The position numbers and the translations under genes were made by a program. A stretch of 64,000 nt of DNA, from assembly GCF_009914755.1 (NCBI RefSeq), contig NC_060928.1; one strand, 5' to 3'. The stretch is from the human T2T-CHM13v2.0 reference genome, Homo sapiens. Shown piece after piece: positions 42,576 through 57,059 of the stretch. The notes below the pieces were generated by a model. That model saw only the letters and a list, made by a program, of their open reading frames with translations, did no database searches and was not told where the DNA came from. The first letter of the stretch is position 1. Each line of letters starts with the position of its first letter.

Positions 42576-44428
42576 AGGAAGAAATTAAATATTTGGAAAT
42601 CTGGCCAAAATTGCTAAATTTTTACCAAAGTCGATTTCTCTTCTCACTGGCAACTTGGCTAAATTATTTTTGTTATATGCATGGGCCAAAATTTGTCCTT
42701 GTGTATTGGCCTAAAATGGCCTCTGTGCTGTTTACTTCTTTGCAGCAGGCTAGGACTATTAGTCTGAAGACTACTGCAGCAAATTCAAACTCTTGTACAA
42801 TTAATTGATTTAAATGTGGTCCAAATGGACATTTTAAGCCATGTGGATGCTAACTACTTTTCATATGCTTCAAAACTGCACCCAAAATTTGCTAACTGTA
42901 GATAACACAAACTCTGTTAAACTCTTTCAGAGCTCTCTGACCCACACACTTCCGACCCTGTGGCTGAGCAACATCATTAGGCACGTAATCTTCCTCCCTG
43001 ATTTCCACCTCTCCCCAGTGAGCATACTTGCTCTATTCCCTTTGGATCTGCTATTATTGAAAGGTCTCTTGCTGAAAGGGACTTCCTCTCTCATGCAAAC
43101 CTGTCCCAGTGCTGCCCAAGAAAGCTTATTTTATGTTCCTGCTTGTCATGGTCCTATCTCTTCTTTGATCAACCTCCAAATCCTCAGTCTTACCACAACT
43201 CTTAAGCATCACATGGGTTAGGAGTGGTTGTGGAACGAATTTCGAGCTAAGGGAAAGCGAAGGAAAGCAATAAGTAGTATTTCTAGGCCTTTCAAAATCA
43301 CATAAATAGGAAAAGAAGGGCTATTAAACCACTTATATTTGAAAGCTTTTTTTTCACTACAGCAGCTAAGTTTACTTTTTCTAAATCAACATAGGAGAAG
43401 AAAAATAAAATAAAATAAAATCATAATACTAGGCTAATTTTTATACAACTTTGATGTTTCTCATTTTAAATAGCATAATAATAATTCCTTGAGTATATAT
43501 TCATTAACACTCTCTCATGTGCAATGCATTGGGTAATAAAGTAATAAATATGACAGCTTTGATTCCCAATAAAATTTGGCATGCTCAGCTTGATTCATTA
43601 TAAAATATAAGAAATTTATACAGACTAGTACTGAGCATGAATAGAAGGGAGAAGTTAATTACTCAAGCACGTAACTCAGAATCCCATGGCACCTGCTCAT
43701 TTCACACCTCTTCATAAGCCCAAAACTTATGGTAAGTGTCCACCCACCAATTCCTTGAAGAGTAGCAACTGCTGTCCTATTTATGGGTGAATCTGTATAT
43801 TATTCTGGTAGCAGCCATAAGTAGACATCTGCTGCCCTATAAAGTTCACTTTCTAATTATTACAGTTTCAGTAATAAGCTTGGTTGTTCATTTCTCATGG
43901 AAGGAAAGATGGTTAAGTTTTGGATCTACATGGACTCATGGGAAGTGGTTAATAGGTGAGCAAAATTTGGAAAAGTTCACAGTGAATATTTAAAAATTGG
44001 TGGAAGGAGATCTAGAAAACAAGTATATAAATGGTCTCCTTAGAATAATGTGAATATATTTGTATACCAAATATATGCTAACCAAAAATTTATCTACACA
44101 GAAGGAAGCTTTCAATAATTAGTTGTATAAAAACGCTCCATGGCAGACAAAACAACATGGTGTTTTCCTTAACAGGATCTGGCTACAACAGTTGCTGTGA
44201 AAATTAGAGCTCAATACTGAACTCCTAAGATAGTAACAATTCCCAGCTAGTAACAATGTACTAACTCGGTAATTGTATTGAACCCCTTTAATCATAGAGG
44301 ATCAGAACTGTCCTCACAGGGGAAAACATATTTCAGGTATAGATTTGCTTTTGATGCCCACTGGTGTTGACATAATTGGACTTCTGTATTCTTTATCCAG
44401 CTCCATGGCATCTCAGACAACATCAATT

Positions 44429-44795
44429 CTGCAGTGGACACTGCTGGTTCCATCCTCAACACTCTTCACTAGGACAGGGTATACATCCCTTGGCATTACC
44501 AGGATTGGCTGCTAATAGTTAATAACTTTCTCACTATCTGGAGAATTGATACCACCCAGTGATAGACTTGTATGAGCTAAAATGGACCACTCTTTCCTTG
44601 AGAAGGAAAAATCTCTGTAGTTCCTTTTTTGCTGCATACCCTCCCCATGTGATGAAACTGAAGCTAGATTTCAGCAGTCCTGTGCTTAGCTTGTTTTCCC
44701 CCTATTCTAACTGCCCTTCTTGAGTAATTTATTATATAAAATAATTTTACAAGAATCTTCATCTAAGATTTGGCTTCTAGGCATTTCACTAGGGT
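44429..44795 (+). mobile_element. LTR16-like ERVL LTR inserted in the integrase relic
   Basis: Starts 'tgcagtggacactg' and ends near 'aagaatcttcatctaagatttggcttctagg'; interrupts the integrase right after the HGIxxxI-like segment. Confidence 0.5.
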
Positions 44796-45140
44796 CTTTG
44801 CTATAAAGCAAAGGAATTTGTTACAAAAATAATTTATTGTAACAAGTCATTTGGTTCATACACAAATAATTTACCATTTTTCGTCATGAGTCCCATCATC
44901 CAGAAGTATCTGGCTTGATGAAATGACAGAACAGCCAGCTAAAAGATAAATCGTGGCACCTGCTTGATGACACACCTGCAAACTTAGGATAGTTTTCTAC
45001 AAGATTTGTTATATGCCTTAAACCATAGCCAATAAATAATATCACCCTCCCTGTAGCCTTGCTTCACATACATGGGAATAAAAGGTAAGAAGTGGGGATC
45101 ATCCCTTACACTATTACAGCTAATAAACGATTTGAAGAAT

Positions 45141-45226
45141 TTTGCTTCTTATCTCTGATCTCTTATAATGAGTGGGTTTGCTTCTTACCTCTGACCTCTT
45201 ATAATGGGTGGGTCTCTTATAATGGG
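45141..45226 (+). repeat. 36-bp tandem duplication plus a partial third copy
   Basis: tttgcttcttatctctgatctcttataatgagtggg / tttgcttcttacctctgacctcttataatgggtggg / tctcttataatggg. Confidence 0.9.
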
Positions 45227-46417
45227 AAACCTGAGAAAGGAGACCTTCAAAAAGAAAAAGGTTTTGAATTTGTTTAACTAAAAGCAGAAACTTTCCACTT
45301 GCCATTTTTACTTTATTGTAAAGCTAAACCAGTAGAAAGCAAAAGGAGTTCATTCTTCTAGTTGGTATAATTTATCTTTACAAATCCAAATGGATTCACC
45401 AGTTGTTAAGATTTGAGAAGGAGCAAAATCAGAAACTATTTGATCTGAGTATATACCTCTGCTAGTATTTTGTCAGCAAAGGACTCTACAAGTCTTCATG
45501 CAAAGAAAGCTACTTTATGTGTAAATCATATATGACTTTCCTTTCTGCTCATTAGCAATACATTGTCACAAATACATCTGAGAGAGTTTTAAAAAACTGA
45601 TGTCATGTGTCTTCCTACATATGTAGAGCCTTTAACACTGCATGCAATTTTTGCCTATACATACATACACATACAGTATGTTCATATAATTTATGTCTGC
45701 ATATTTTCATAACTGTAGTTCATTTATTATAATGGAATTTTTGTGATTTTGTTGTTTACATGAAATTAGCTATTTTCAAAGGAAAGAATTTTTTTCAGTA
45801 AGTTAAATACCAGACATCACAATCGTGAATGGCAATTTACACATGCAGCTACTGTTAATTGGTTTTCTAATTTCTTTATTGAGTTTTCCACTGGTTTGGT
45901 GAAATAATGTACTACCAGTATGAAGGGAAATGTGTTAATTTTGTAGGAACTGTATCTATGGCATGGAGGAAGTGTAAGTATGGCTATCAGTCATATATGG
46001 TGCAAAGAGCATTAGGCTGAGGTTCATAACAGGTGGGTTAGCTTCAGTTCACAGCTATGACAAATAACCAATCACACCCTGAGCAAGTCATTTGACGTAT
46101 CTAGGGTAACACATTTAGGAATGATAAACCTTGTTAGTGGGACAGAAAGTAACATATTCTCGGGTCGTGAAATATAAGAACAATAGTCTTACTCCTTTAT
46201 CTGCTAACTAGCAATATGTCATTCTGTTTCCTTAAATGAGTTAACAAAGTAGGAAATATATTTATTAAAATGTTTTTTAACTCTTAATTATTTGACCTTG
46301 TAAACTTTTAATAATTTTTATTAGTCAGAAAACATATTGATGTATTCTAATTAAATATACTGTTTCTTGTTATTATTTTGGTGATACTGAAACTTCTTTA
46401 GCTTTTTTTGGAATATC

Positions 46418-46422
<5 letters not shown>

Positions 46423-46460
<38 letters not shown>
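46423..46460. repeat. (TA)19 microsatellite
   Basis: Uninterrupted TA run. Confidence 0.97.
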
Positions 46461-46464
<4 letters not shown>

Positions 46465-47369
46465 AAACATTGAGTCAATATATGTATATTTTTCACATGT
46501 AAATTTCCACAGAGCTTATTTAACAGTGATTAGAGTTGTTAGACGTTCTTTTTGTTGATAAAATCACATACACGCAGATCTTGCACAGGGAACTAGTATC
46601 ATCTCTCCATAATGAAATAACATATAAAATATAATAATGTGTTTTTGCTTCATTTTATATGAAATAACTTCTTTAGTTTTCTAATGTAACTGTCAATTGC
46701 CATTTCCTTATCATTGGTTACATTTAAATGGTGACACATTAAATTATTTTCAACATTTTTACAAGTAAGCACATACATAAAGGGAAAAATACATGATGAC
46801 TTTTTTCTTCATACTCTTCTCATGTTACTGTCCTCCTATTTTGACAGAAATTAAAAGTAACTGAAATTCTTCTGATCACTTTTCAAAGACTCAGTGTGTC
46901 CATAACTAAGGAAAGATCCCAGCAGTTGTTTGAAAAGAGGACTTGTTGACATTAAATGAATTTCAGAGAGGTGTAAATTAGCTTTGCTTTTCATTTAGCA
47001 ATTGACAGATGGTAATATTTTGAGAAGATAAAATAACAAAGTGATTAGCTGTTTGACTATTCCTCAAACTTTTCTTCATGCTATATTTCCAGAAGCCAAT
47101 GTTGATGCCCTGAAATCCTCAGAGTGTTCTGAAAGAAAAGACTCAAACAATGAACATTTTTATCTCTATGAATTGAGATTTCCTCTGAATCTCTAGGAAA
47201 CTCAGGTCACTGTGGGCAATGAAAATTCAGCTCAGGTATGTATTCAGGTAGGAGTCAGGTTAAGTCAACAGGGAAAGTTACAAGAGTTGTCCTGTTTGAC
47301 TCTTGATTAAAATAAGTAAATAAGCTGAGAGCATTTAAGCAAAGCAGGAAATCTCTAGTTTGCCATAGT

Positions 47370-47455
47370 CTTTTAGACTCCTTACTGATTTATACCTGGC
47401 ACTCCTGAGAACAGTGCCCACCACAAGAAGGTTGCTCAACAAATATTTGTTGAAA
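47370..47455 (+). mobile_element. L2 3' end fragment
   Basis: 'gaacagtgcccaccacaagaaggttgctcaacaaatatttgttgaa'. Confidence 0.6.
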
Positions 47456-48166
47456 AAACGATTGTTACTTCTTTCCCTTGAGACAACTTGTGTTTCTGCC
47501 TCATGAATTTTATTTTTCCAAAATTGCCCAATGTTTTAACGATGTCCAACATTAAATGAAGAATTTCAGAAGTTCAAGAAATTATTTTGAATAAATGATG
47601 AATGAGCAAAGTTATACATTGTGCAATTAGACTTGGAGAAAGAACCACAGATGATTTCTTTTCATAGTCCTACTTCTATAACCAATCAAAGCTCATGTAA
47701 TTTAATTTTGTAGTCTTCTACAATCTGGTCTCCCACTACCTTTTAAACTCTAATTCCACTTACATTCATATATCAATGCAACCTTATATTCAGACTGATC
47801 TTAATATTATTCAAGGTCCAGATCATAATTGCCCCTTCTTTAATCTTTTCTCACAGAAATGGTGATCCCTCTTCCATAAGCTAATTTGTATCCTGCTCTC
47901 CTTTCAAGGTATTATTTATTTGTCTTCCAAAAACCTTTTGATTATTCTAGCCTATTAATCTATTGGTGGTCAGAGCTTGTATTTCCAAAGGTATTCAGTA
48001 AATATGGTTTGTACTTTCATGCATTTTTACCAATTGTTTCATGTGTTTCTGTCTTGTTTCCTTGTCAATAGCTCATTAAATGAAGACTAGATTGGAAGAT
48101 TCAGCTGGAAAAGTTAGTTAAGTCCATGCATAAAGTGTCTTTATAAGGAGATTTAATTTTATTACG

Positions 48167-48311
48167 TGAGACAGGCTAATTTTTGTATTTTTAGAGGAGG
48201 CAGGGTTTCACCACATTGTCCAAGCTGGTCTCGAACTCCTGTCCTCAAGTGATCTGCCAGCTTCGGCCTCCCAAAGTGCTGGGACTACAGGATGATCCAC
48301 CTGGCCCAGCC
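48167..48311 (-). mobile_element. Partial Alu (left monomer plus linker)
   Basis: 'gctaatttttgtatttttag...gggtttcaccac...ctggtctcgaactcct..cctcaagtgatc...cctcccaaagtgctggga...cccagcc'. Confidence 0.9.
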
Positions 48312-49190
48312 AAAATGTAAGCTTTTTGTCAGGAATTCTCTAAGAATATTTAAATTCTTCAGCTTTCATTTCCTTTCATAAGACTCAAAAGATAATATAC
48401 ACAATTGTAGTGACCAATAGATGTTTGAAGTTATCACTATAATGAAATAATTATAAAGCCAATTTAGTTCATATAATGTAGTGTATATTTTTACAAAGAA
48501 TTGACTTGAACGGGTAAAAGTATAAATGATGAGAACGACAATATGAAGCAAGCAAAATTTTATTTTTAAGAAAAAATGTCATATCTCCATTTAATTAAAC
48601 ATATTTTGAAACAATTATACATTTAGGATCTTACATGACATTTTGAACTATAACATTTTTTGTCTTATTAATTTTTATCCAGGTCATGTTTTACTCCTCA
48701 CATTTTTAGTTTAATTTGAAACTTTTAAAATAATCTTTTAGCATAATCTCTGTGATAAAAAAATTTAAACCTTGAGACAACTGAGAAACATTATGAATAA
48801 AAAAACGTTCAATTATATTTATCTTTTATGTAATATTACATTACAGCTTATTATTACATTAATATTTTATCTATACTCAAAATTAACTGTAAGGAAAATT
48901 AGCTTACTATTTATTATTTCCTGAAAGTAAAGGGATGCATCAGAACATTTACTTAACTTTGCTGCTCATTAGATTATTGTTTCATTATATTCTAAATTAT
49001 CCAAATAGTCCATGCTTTGTTTCAATTACTGGAAGAAAATGACAACAAAACTGAAAATATATTTTTAGAAATGTGATTCATGTTTAGTACTCCTGCAGGA
49101 ATGCTTAGAACTTAACAGTACAAAAGTTGAAATTAGTTGATATGACTAAGATCTTTACTATGGCTAGAGTCTGATGCCAAGATATTTATA

Positions 49191-49267
49191 TTAGGTTGGC
49201 GAAAAGTAATTGCAGTTTTGCCATTGAAAGTAATGGTAAAAACTGCAATTATTTACCATTAACCGAA
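49191..49267. mobile_element. MADE1 (Hsmar1-derived palindromic MITE)
   Basis: 'ttaggttggcgaaaagtaattgcagttttgccattgaaagtaatggtaaaaactgcaattatttaccattaaccgaa', flanked by a TA TSD on both sides. Confidence 0.92.
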
Positions 49268-49835
49268 TACATTCTAAAGCCATTTTTGTATATTCATAAT
49301 TCAGTTTCAGAAAATGTATCCATATAGTGAGTGATTTTGGATATACATTTTTTTCTAAAGGGAGTTTTTACTTGTTCAAGAACTGAACCGAACTTTCAGT
49401 TAGGTTTTATAGGGATATTTCTGATCTCTTCAAAATAGTATAAAACGGTAATTTTGAGTACTTATAATCATCATTTTAAATATGTCTCAAGATAGACCAT
49501 TTCACTTCCAGTGTGCCTTGTCACAAAATTTACCTTATAATTCATGTAAATTAATTGATAATCTATTTTCTTATTCAATATAAATTGGCCTCATGGGGCA
49601 GGGAAAGAGTGGAAATTGTAAGTTTATTTGAACTATGTATGTATGTTTTTACACATATATATGTGGAGTGAATATAATGAATGGTTAGAAGAATCTATGT
49701 TCTTGCTTTGGTGCAGTGTTTGTACCTCAACGAGTATCAAAATGAGGACTTGAAATGGAGATAAAAGAATGGGGATTAAGATGAGCTCCCAAACTAATAG
49801 TTTTTGTTTTCTTCCTTCTTTGTATTCAACCTGAC

Positions 49836-50942
<1,107 letters not shown>

Positions 50943-52239
50943 TCAACCTGACATTTTGAAGAAGCCAACAAAAATACTCAAATATTACTACCCTAGTAAG
51001 GCATGAAAAATAGTGACAAGATAATTATTATAAAGTGATTTTTGATACATTTTACATGTGCAATATGGAATTATCAAAATTTTTTAGCAGGGAAGTTACA
51101 GATCAGTACAGTGCTGTAGAAAGTATAATCAAAATAAGACACTTGGGAGATGTATAAGTTTGGAAATAGGAAGATTATTTAGAATATAACTGCTATCAAT
51201 TAGGCATGCAATAAGAAGGGCCTGAACTATAATGATGAAAATAAATATGAAGTATTATATATAACTTAATATATGTAGTTGAATAAATAATTTGAGGGAG
51301 TGTGGATATGTAGAATAACATCATCACAGGTGAGCTAAAATAATTTATAGATGATGTCAATGTTTCAAAACCGAGAGAATAAGAAATTAGATATATTCCT
51401 AAAATTGCAAGAAAGTTATGAAAAGAGCATGATACTACTCAGGTTATAATTTACTCAAAAATTTAATGAATGTCTGAAAATACCTATTTATTACACACAC
51501 AAACCATTGGAGCCAATCGAAGGAGTGAACCCTTCATGGGGAGGATTTTTATGGAGAATAAAAAGAAAATAATGGACTGGATGGAAGAGAATGAGCATTG
51601 GCCCTGGGATTATCAAAGACTCATTAATCACTTCAAGACTTACAAATCTCTTCATTGTTAGGTTTACTAGTACTACTCTTTCCTCTCCATTATACTTGAG
51701 ATACTTTTTTTTTTTTGAGGCAATAACTTAACATTGTTACTAAACTTGCTGTCTTCACCTCTGCTCCAAGAACATTTTTGTAAGTCAAATCACCATGTTC
51801 TAATGTGGGTCTAGGACCAGGAGACTTGCTTTCACCTCTAGTACTTGCCGACCCTGGACACACACAAACAGTACACGTCATCTGATGCTTTTTAATTAAT
51901 ATTCTAAACTACAAAATTAGATAAGGTGATTAGAAATCTCAGATTCCTTTGCATTTTAGCCATCTGACATCTCATAAGCTGAATTTGGATTAAATAACTG
52001 ACTCTACATTATTTTTGAATTGAGTATTTGTGAGTCAGCTATCAGAGTTAGAGCACTGATAGTTAGCTTCTACAACAGAATAAACTATACTAACAACTGC
52101 CATACAAATAGAAAAATATTAGATCAGATCCCAAATCATTACTTCTTTTCCTCTCTGCCTATATTGCCATGATTTTGCAATTGCATATTTCTCTGGTAAT
52201 TGAACATACAACATGTGAATTTGAATTTGAACTTGAATT

Positions 52240-52375
52240 TGCAGAATATCAATTTCGTCTCCTAAACTCACAGATGACAATTCCTACTTTACAGAATAAC
52301 ATTAAGTATTAACAAGATGTAATGTATGTAAATACAATTTACAAAGTGTGAATCACTACTAAAATGTGAGAATAA
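52240..52375 (+). mobile_element. MIR fragment
   Basis: 'tcaatttcgtctcctaa...attcctactttacagaa...gtattaacaagatgtaatgtatgtaaa'. Confidence 0.45.
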
Positions 52376-52849
52376 ATTTTACAAGCAATAATACCAATCT
52401 CTCACAATTTGTACTTAACTAACAGTTGTCAAAATGAAAAGTATGCATAAAATGAACATATAATGTGTCTTTATGGTCTGACCACAAAGACTACAGTCAA
52501 TCAGTTTATATATACAAAGCATTTTTTTTTCATGGGGCAGCCAATTCTATACTTTGTTACACAATAGAACGTTATTTTCTTTTTATTCTCCATAAAAATC
52601 TTCCCCCCAAAGGGTTCACTCCTTCTACTGCCTCCAGTGGTTTGTGTGTGTAATAAAGCTCTAACAATTGCTCACTATAATGCTGCTTTTTCCTGAAGGA
52701 ATTATTGTTTTATAATTATTATTGCAAATCTAATGAGAACTAAGACATAGAATGTGTCATTGGATTTATATGTCACTTTGGGAGATATAAAAACAAATAG
52801 TCATTTATGCTACACATCAAATTGATTTAAATGTTTAATAATGATAAAC

Positions 52850-53900
52850 ACTAAGAGTGATGAATGCAAAGAGGAATTGTTGAGTTCCAAGAAGGAAAAT
52901 AGACCACTTCATCTGGAGGAAATGAAAACTGAGTTTTGAAGGATAAGTAGAACTACAATTGCAAAGGAAGTAGACGGGGTGAAAGGCTATTTAACATGTA
53001 GGGTTCAGCATTCACTTTTTCAACAAGTGCATATTGATTGTCCACCTCTAACAGGTACTCAGTTATGATCTGGAGATAAAAACATAAATAATAAATTATC
53101 CTTACCCTATAGGCACAAGAGAAAGAGGAGAGCAATACAGTTCAGTGAACTAAGTGCTCTGATGGGAGTTTGCTACTGGAGCATAGGAAAAAATATATCT
53201 CCACTAAAACAGGAAGTTCATGGTGATCAAACAAGAATTGACCTGCATTTTTGAATTATAAGTGAGTTTACAGGTAGTTCAAAAATGACAGACAAGGTAA
53301 CAACATGTACAAAAGTGTGTTGTTGTAAAATAGATTGACGGGTTAAGTGTTGATGATTTTCTATCTCTGAAGCAATAGGGTATATTAAAGGGTGGTAAAG
53401 GATAAATTTGGAATGGTAAGCTTGTATTTGTTAGGCCACAGTGTTGAAAGAATCGCTGTAAATCTGTGAGAAACAATAGCAGAATTTTAGGTTTCAAAGT
53501 TTTAAATTTGCATTGTATTCTTTTATTCAGCCAATATTTATGAAATACTACATTTTAAACACTATTTTAACACTGTGGTATACAAAAGAGGTAAGGTTCT
53601 TGCTGTCAGGGACCTTATGTTCTTGAGTACTGACAGTGAGAGCTAATGAAGTATACAATGAAGGAGAGAGCAAGTAAAAAAGTAGTCAGTTAGATAGTCA
53701 CTGCCTTAATATATTATAAATGTATGGGTTTTCACTGAGACCATTGCAGAGATAGTGAGAAAGAGGAGAAGAATTTGAGGTTCATATGAGAAGTTTTAAT
53801 TACATCTCTTAGTGAATTATTTGGTGTGCCAAGGGGTAGGTGAGTACAGGAAAGGTCTCTAGTAAATATCTCAGGTCTCTGGGATTGCAAATGATGAAAG
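52850..53900 (-). mobile_element. Cluster of L2 fragments
   Basis: Antisense L2 termini 'cattcactttttcaacaagtgcatattgattg' (about 53010) and 'ttattcagccaatatttatgaaatactac' (about 53523); 'gagttttgaaggataagtagaa'. Confidence 0.6.
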
Positions 53901-53919
53901 CTATCAATTATAATGGGAC

Positions 53920-54180
53920 AAATGGAGTATCAAGTATCTCCTGATGTGATGCACATTGAAGGCTGCAAAACATGTACTGTAGTATCCCTGCCAAATTCTA
54001 TAGCCTGTGTTCAATCATGAGGAAAACCAGACAAACTCAAATTGAGGAACATTCTACAATTAAACAGCCATGGGCATTTAAAAAATATCAGGGTCATGAA
54101 AGAAAAAGAAAGTTTGAGGAACTGAACACATGATCTTGAGTTGGCTATTATTCTTGCACATTTTCTGTAACTGATATTAT
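53920..54180 (+). mobile_element. L1MC4/5-like 3' fragment
   Basis: 'cctgatgtgatgcac...caatcatgaggaaaaccagacaaactcaaattgaggaacattctacaa...atcagggtcatgaaaga'. Confidence 0.75.
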
Positions 54181-55944
54181 ATCAAACTGAAAAAAAAAAT
54201 GAAACAAACAAAAAGAATTGGGCAGGGGAGGAAAAACACAGAAAGAAATAAAGGGAAAGAAAACTTCTGAGAAAGAATATATGGCTGTTTGGTAGGAAAA
54301 TGGAGGGTGAAGAGAAATCTGCTCAACTCTCCTTTCAGAAGTATGCTAGAATTAAGAATTCGAACCCTCAACTTTTTTTTTTCTTAAAACAGTTAATGAT
54401 CATCTAAACATAAAATTTATGAAAAATAAAAAATACCACAAGAGCAATGACATATGTATTCTGTGTGCTGGAAAGCTGATCTTGGGAACCTAGCCAGTAT
54501 CTCCAAAGGTAAATTGAACTTTTTTTTTCATGTCTGGAATGTGGTTGAAAAGATTGCAATCAGATATAGACAGTGTGTTAGTAAGTTGGTACTAGTTTAC
54601 ACTTCAACTCTGGTGACAGTTGCTTTAATCAGAAAAAGATACTCTGCAGTGTTGGTTAGTTCCTATTATATCTCAAAGACCATAATTCAAAGGGAATACT
54701 AAATTTTTCCTATTTTCCATAATTAAATCAATAGTTGAGGATTTGCTAATTCAAATATTTAAAGTAAAATTGTTTTTATTAATACAAGTATTGACTTGTT
54801 AACTAGTGTAATAAATATTAGAAGTAGTTATCAATTTTAAATTATAGGTATTAACCTATAATATATAGGTGAATAGCTAAAATATTTTTGGGTACTCACT
54901 ATTTCCTCAAGAGCCTAGGCAAGCCAAAAGCTTGATCCCTAAGAAGACTTCTATCCAGAAATTGGTTTTGAAGAATTTCTGTTTCTATGATAACAATCTT
55001 ATGGGTAACAGAATCCTGCCTCTAGATTATCCTCTGCTTTTTATTGACTTTTTACATTAAGTTGTGATCATAGAACCTTAAAAAATCCCAGAGAACTAGG
55101 ATTTTATCAAACTTCTAAGATAAATGTTATGAGAAATTGTTTACTTACTAATAAATGTTTGTTTGCTGTCTATGTCAGGGGCAATGTTTGTTCTGAGATT
55201 GTTTTTTAGTAGTAGTGAGTTTGTAGGAGAGTAGTTAACTCTTATTCATATCAAATTTGGAAACTACTAAAAGTTAATTAAGAGGTGAGCACTACTAAAT
55301 GGGCTTTACTCAATTAGCAACATACATCTTGATGGGGAAAACCGAAGTATTTGCTGATCCAGAGGCATAAAAGAGCTTAGAGGTCATCCCAGAATAGTGT
55401 TTGAATTCATGGAAAGGTTGAGGAATAGAAAACAGGAGATATATTAGAAAATGAATTTTAATCTAGAGTTATCAACTAGCTAATGACAATCCCTGCAGTC
55501 TATTTGTAAATTCCAACTGACATAAACAATTAGTTTCAGGCAATTTAAAAGGCAATGTAAGATGGGAGAGGAAGCTAACACAAAATGTATAGATTTGCCT
55601 CTATTTAAGAAATAGTTGAGTATTCAATAGGGTTAAGTTAGAGGAGAAAATTTCACAGAAATTACTACTGAGGAGAGTCTTGGCCAGATGGGCAGGAATA
55701 AATGTTATAAGAAATCACTGCAGGGGACAGGTACATATACAGTTAGCAATCCCTCTACTTTTTTTCCTACTATGCCAGGGCAGAGGACTATCCTCAGGGA
55801 GAATATTCACAGGAAGCAGTTTAGAAATAATGGGCCGAAGTCCACGTGGTCTACTGACCCAAATCTTTAATCTAGCTCCTTATTCAAACTCTCCTTCAAT
55901 AGTAACTCTGCATTTCAGAAGTGAAAGAAAAAAAAAAAAAAACG

Positions 55945-56271
55945 CCATTCTTATGTAACCAAACAAAAATAAAAACTCTGCATATAAAGGCTTGGGTGAG
56001 CTTCTCTGGTTGACAATACTTCATTAGTGTTGTCACTTGTCATTGCTGGCAGAAATAAGCACTGTGTGCACAATTACTGGGAAAGGACACCTGGAATCTA
56101 TCGCCCCAAGCCTCCCGGACTCTGCTCTATGCACCTCTTTCCTTTGCTATTTTGTTCTATATCCTGTCACTGTAACAAACCACAATCATGATAATATGGC
56201 TTTTCTGAGTTCTGTGAGTTTTTCTAGCAAATCACTGAAACTGAGTGTGATATTAGGAATCCCAGCTCACA
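55945..56271 (+). mobile_element. MER77/MER68-like ERVL LTR, 3' half
   Basis: 'ggcttgggtgagcttctctggttgacaatact...gtgttgtcac...ttgctgg...ctgggaaaggacacctggaa...ctgagttctgtgagtttttctagcaaatcactgaa'. Confidence 0.75.
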
Positions 56272-57059
56272 CTCATATAGACAAAGAAAATGGATAAACA
56301 ATCTAAAACACTACTTCTTTCTATTTAACCTAACTCCTCATTTAATAATGTGAAAAAATGGCTAAAATTTTATCTTTTGCTCAATTTTAAAATTACTAGA
56401 AACCTAAATAAATGTAGGATCTTTTAAAAAAGAAATCTTTATAAGGAATTATTTATAACATGGATATTTGCAGGAAAATATGTATAAAAAGGGGAGTAAA
56501 TCTTGCAATAGGAACTAATAATGAAAAATAATTTAGAGTTTACTTACAAAGAAATCAATTTTTGTTATAAATATTTTCATATGCTATGACCTGCTTTTGT
56601 TGAACTGTTTGTTATATTTCCAGTTTCCGGTGTCTCATCAATACACATTCTTGGGTAAGAATACTTGCTGAATCAAATTACTAAAGCCATTTATTTAAAA
56701 AAGTTATTGATATTTTATGCAATTTTATTAGTTTCTTTTAATTTATTTTAACTGAGGGTCTTGTCCCCATGACATAGAAATTACTTGAAAGGTTATTTCT
56801 TTAAAAGCCTGAATCACAGCTCCCTTATGACATTTAGGCCCCATGACTGAGCCAGACACTCATTCAACATGTCTTCCTCAACATTGTTGAATGTTTTCTC
56901 TCTGTGATCATGCAAGGTGACTTCTCTTTGTCTTATTCTTTACCACAAGTTTATTCAGTATAATTCTGCACAGCTGACACCTAACTGGGAGCAATGTTTT
57001 AGTTTTTGTTGATTGCATAATTAGTGTCACACAAATTACTTGAGGCATGGTGCTTCTGT

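Larger units (their letters stand above)
43740..45380 (+). mobile_element. ERVL-class pol relic (RNase H plus integrase), heavily degraded, with a nested LTR
   Basis: Remnants read by eye: 'gactcatgggaagtggttaat' (DSWxVxN), 'tgtcctcacagggga..acatatttcaggtatagatttgcttt' (VLTG.DTYSGYGFAF-like), 'cccatcatccagaagtatctggcttgatgaaatg' (HHPEAAGLIERW-like), 'tatgccttaaacca' (YALNQ-like). Confidence 0.7.

Noticed and set aside
42841-43221. 126-aa ATG-initiated ORF
   Set aside because: No recognisable motifs or splice context; compatible with a chance ORF. A homology search would be needed to revive it.
54845-54879. 16-bp imperfect hairpin (another at 62182-62210)
   Set aside because: Short AT-rich stems with no TIR/TSD or RNA-gene context; expected by chance.
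55560-55942. Unique-looking segment ending in a poly-A run, as a possible processed pseudogene
   Set aside because: No AATAAA before the A-run, no TSD and no recognisable ORF.
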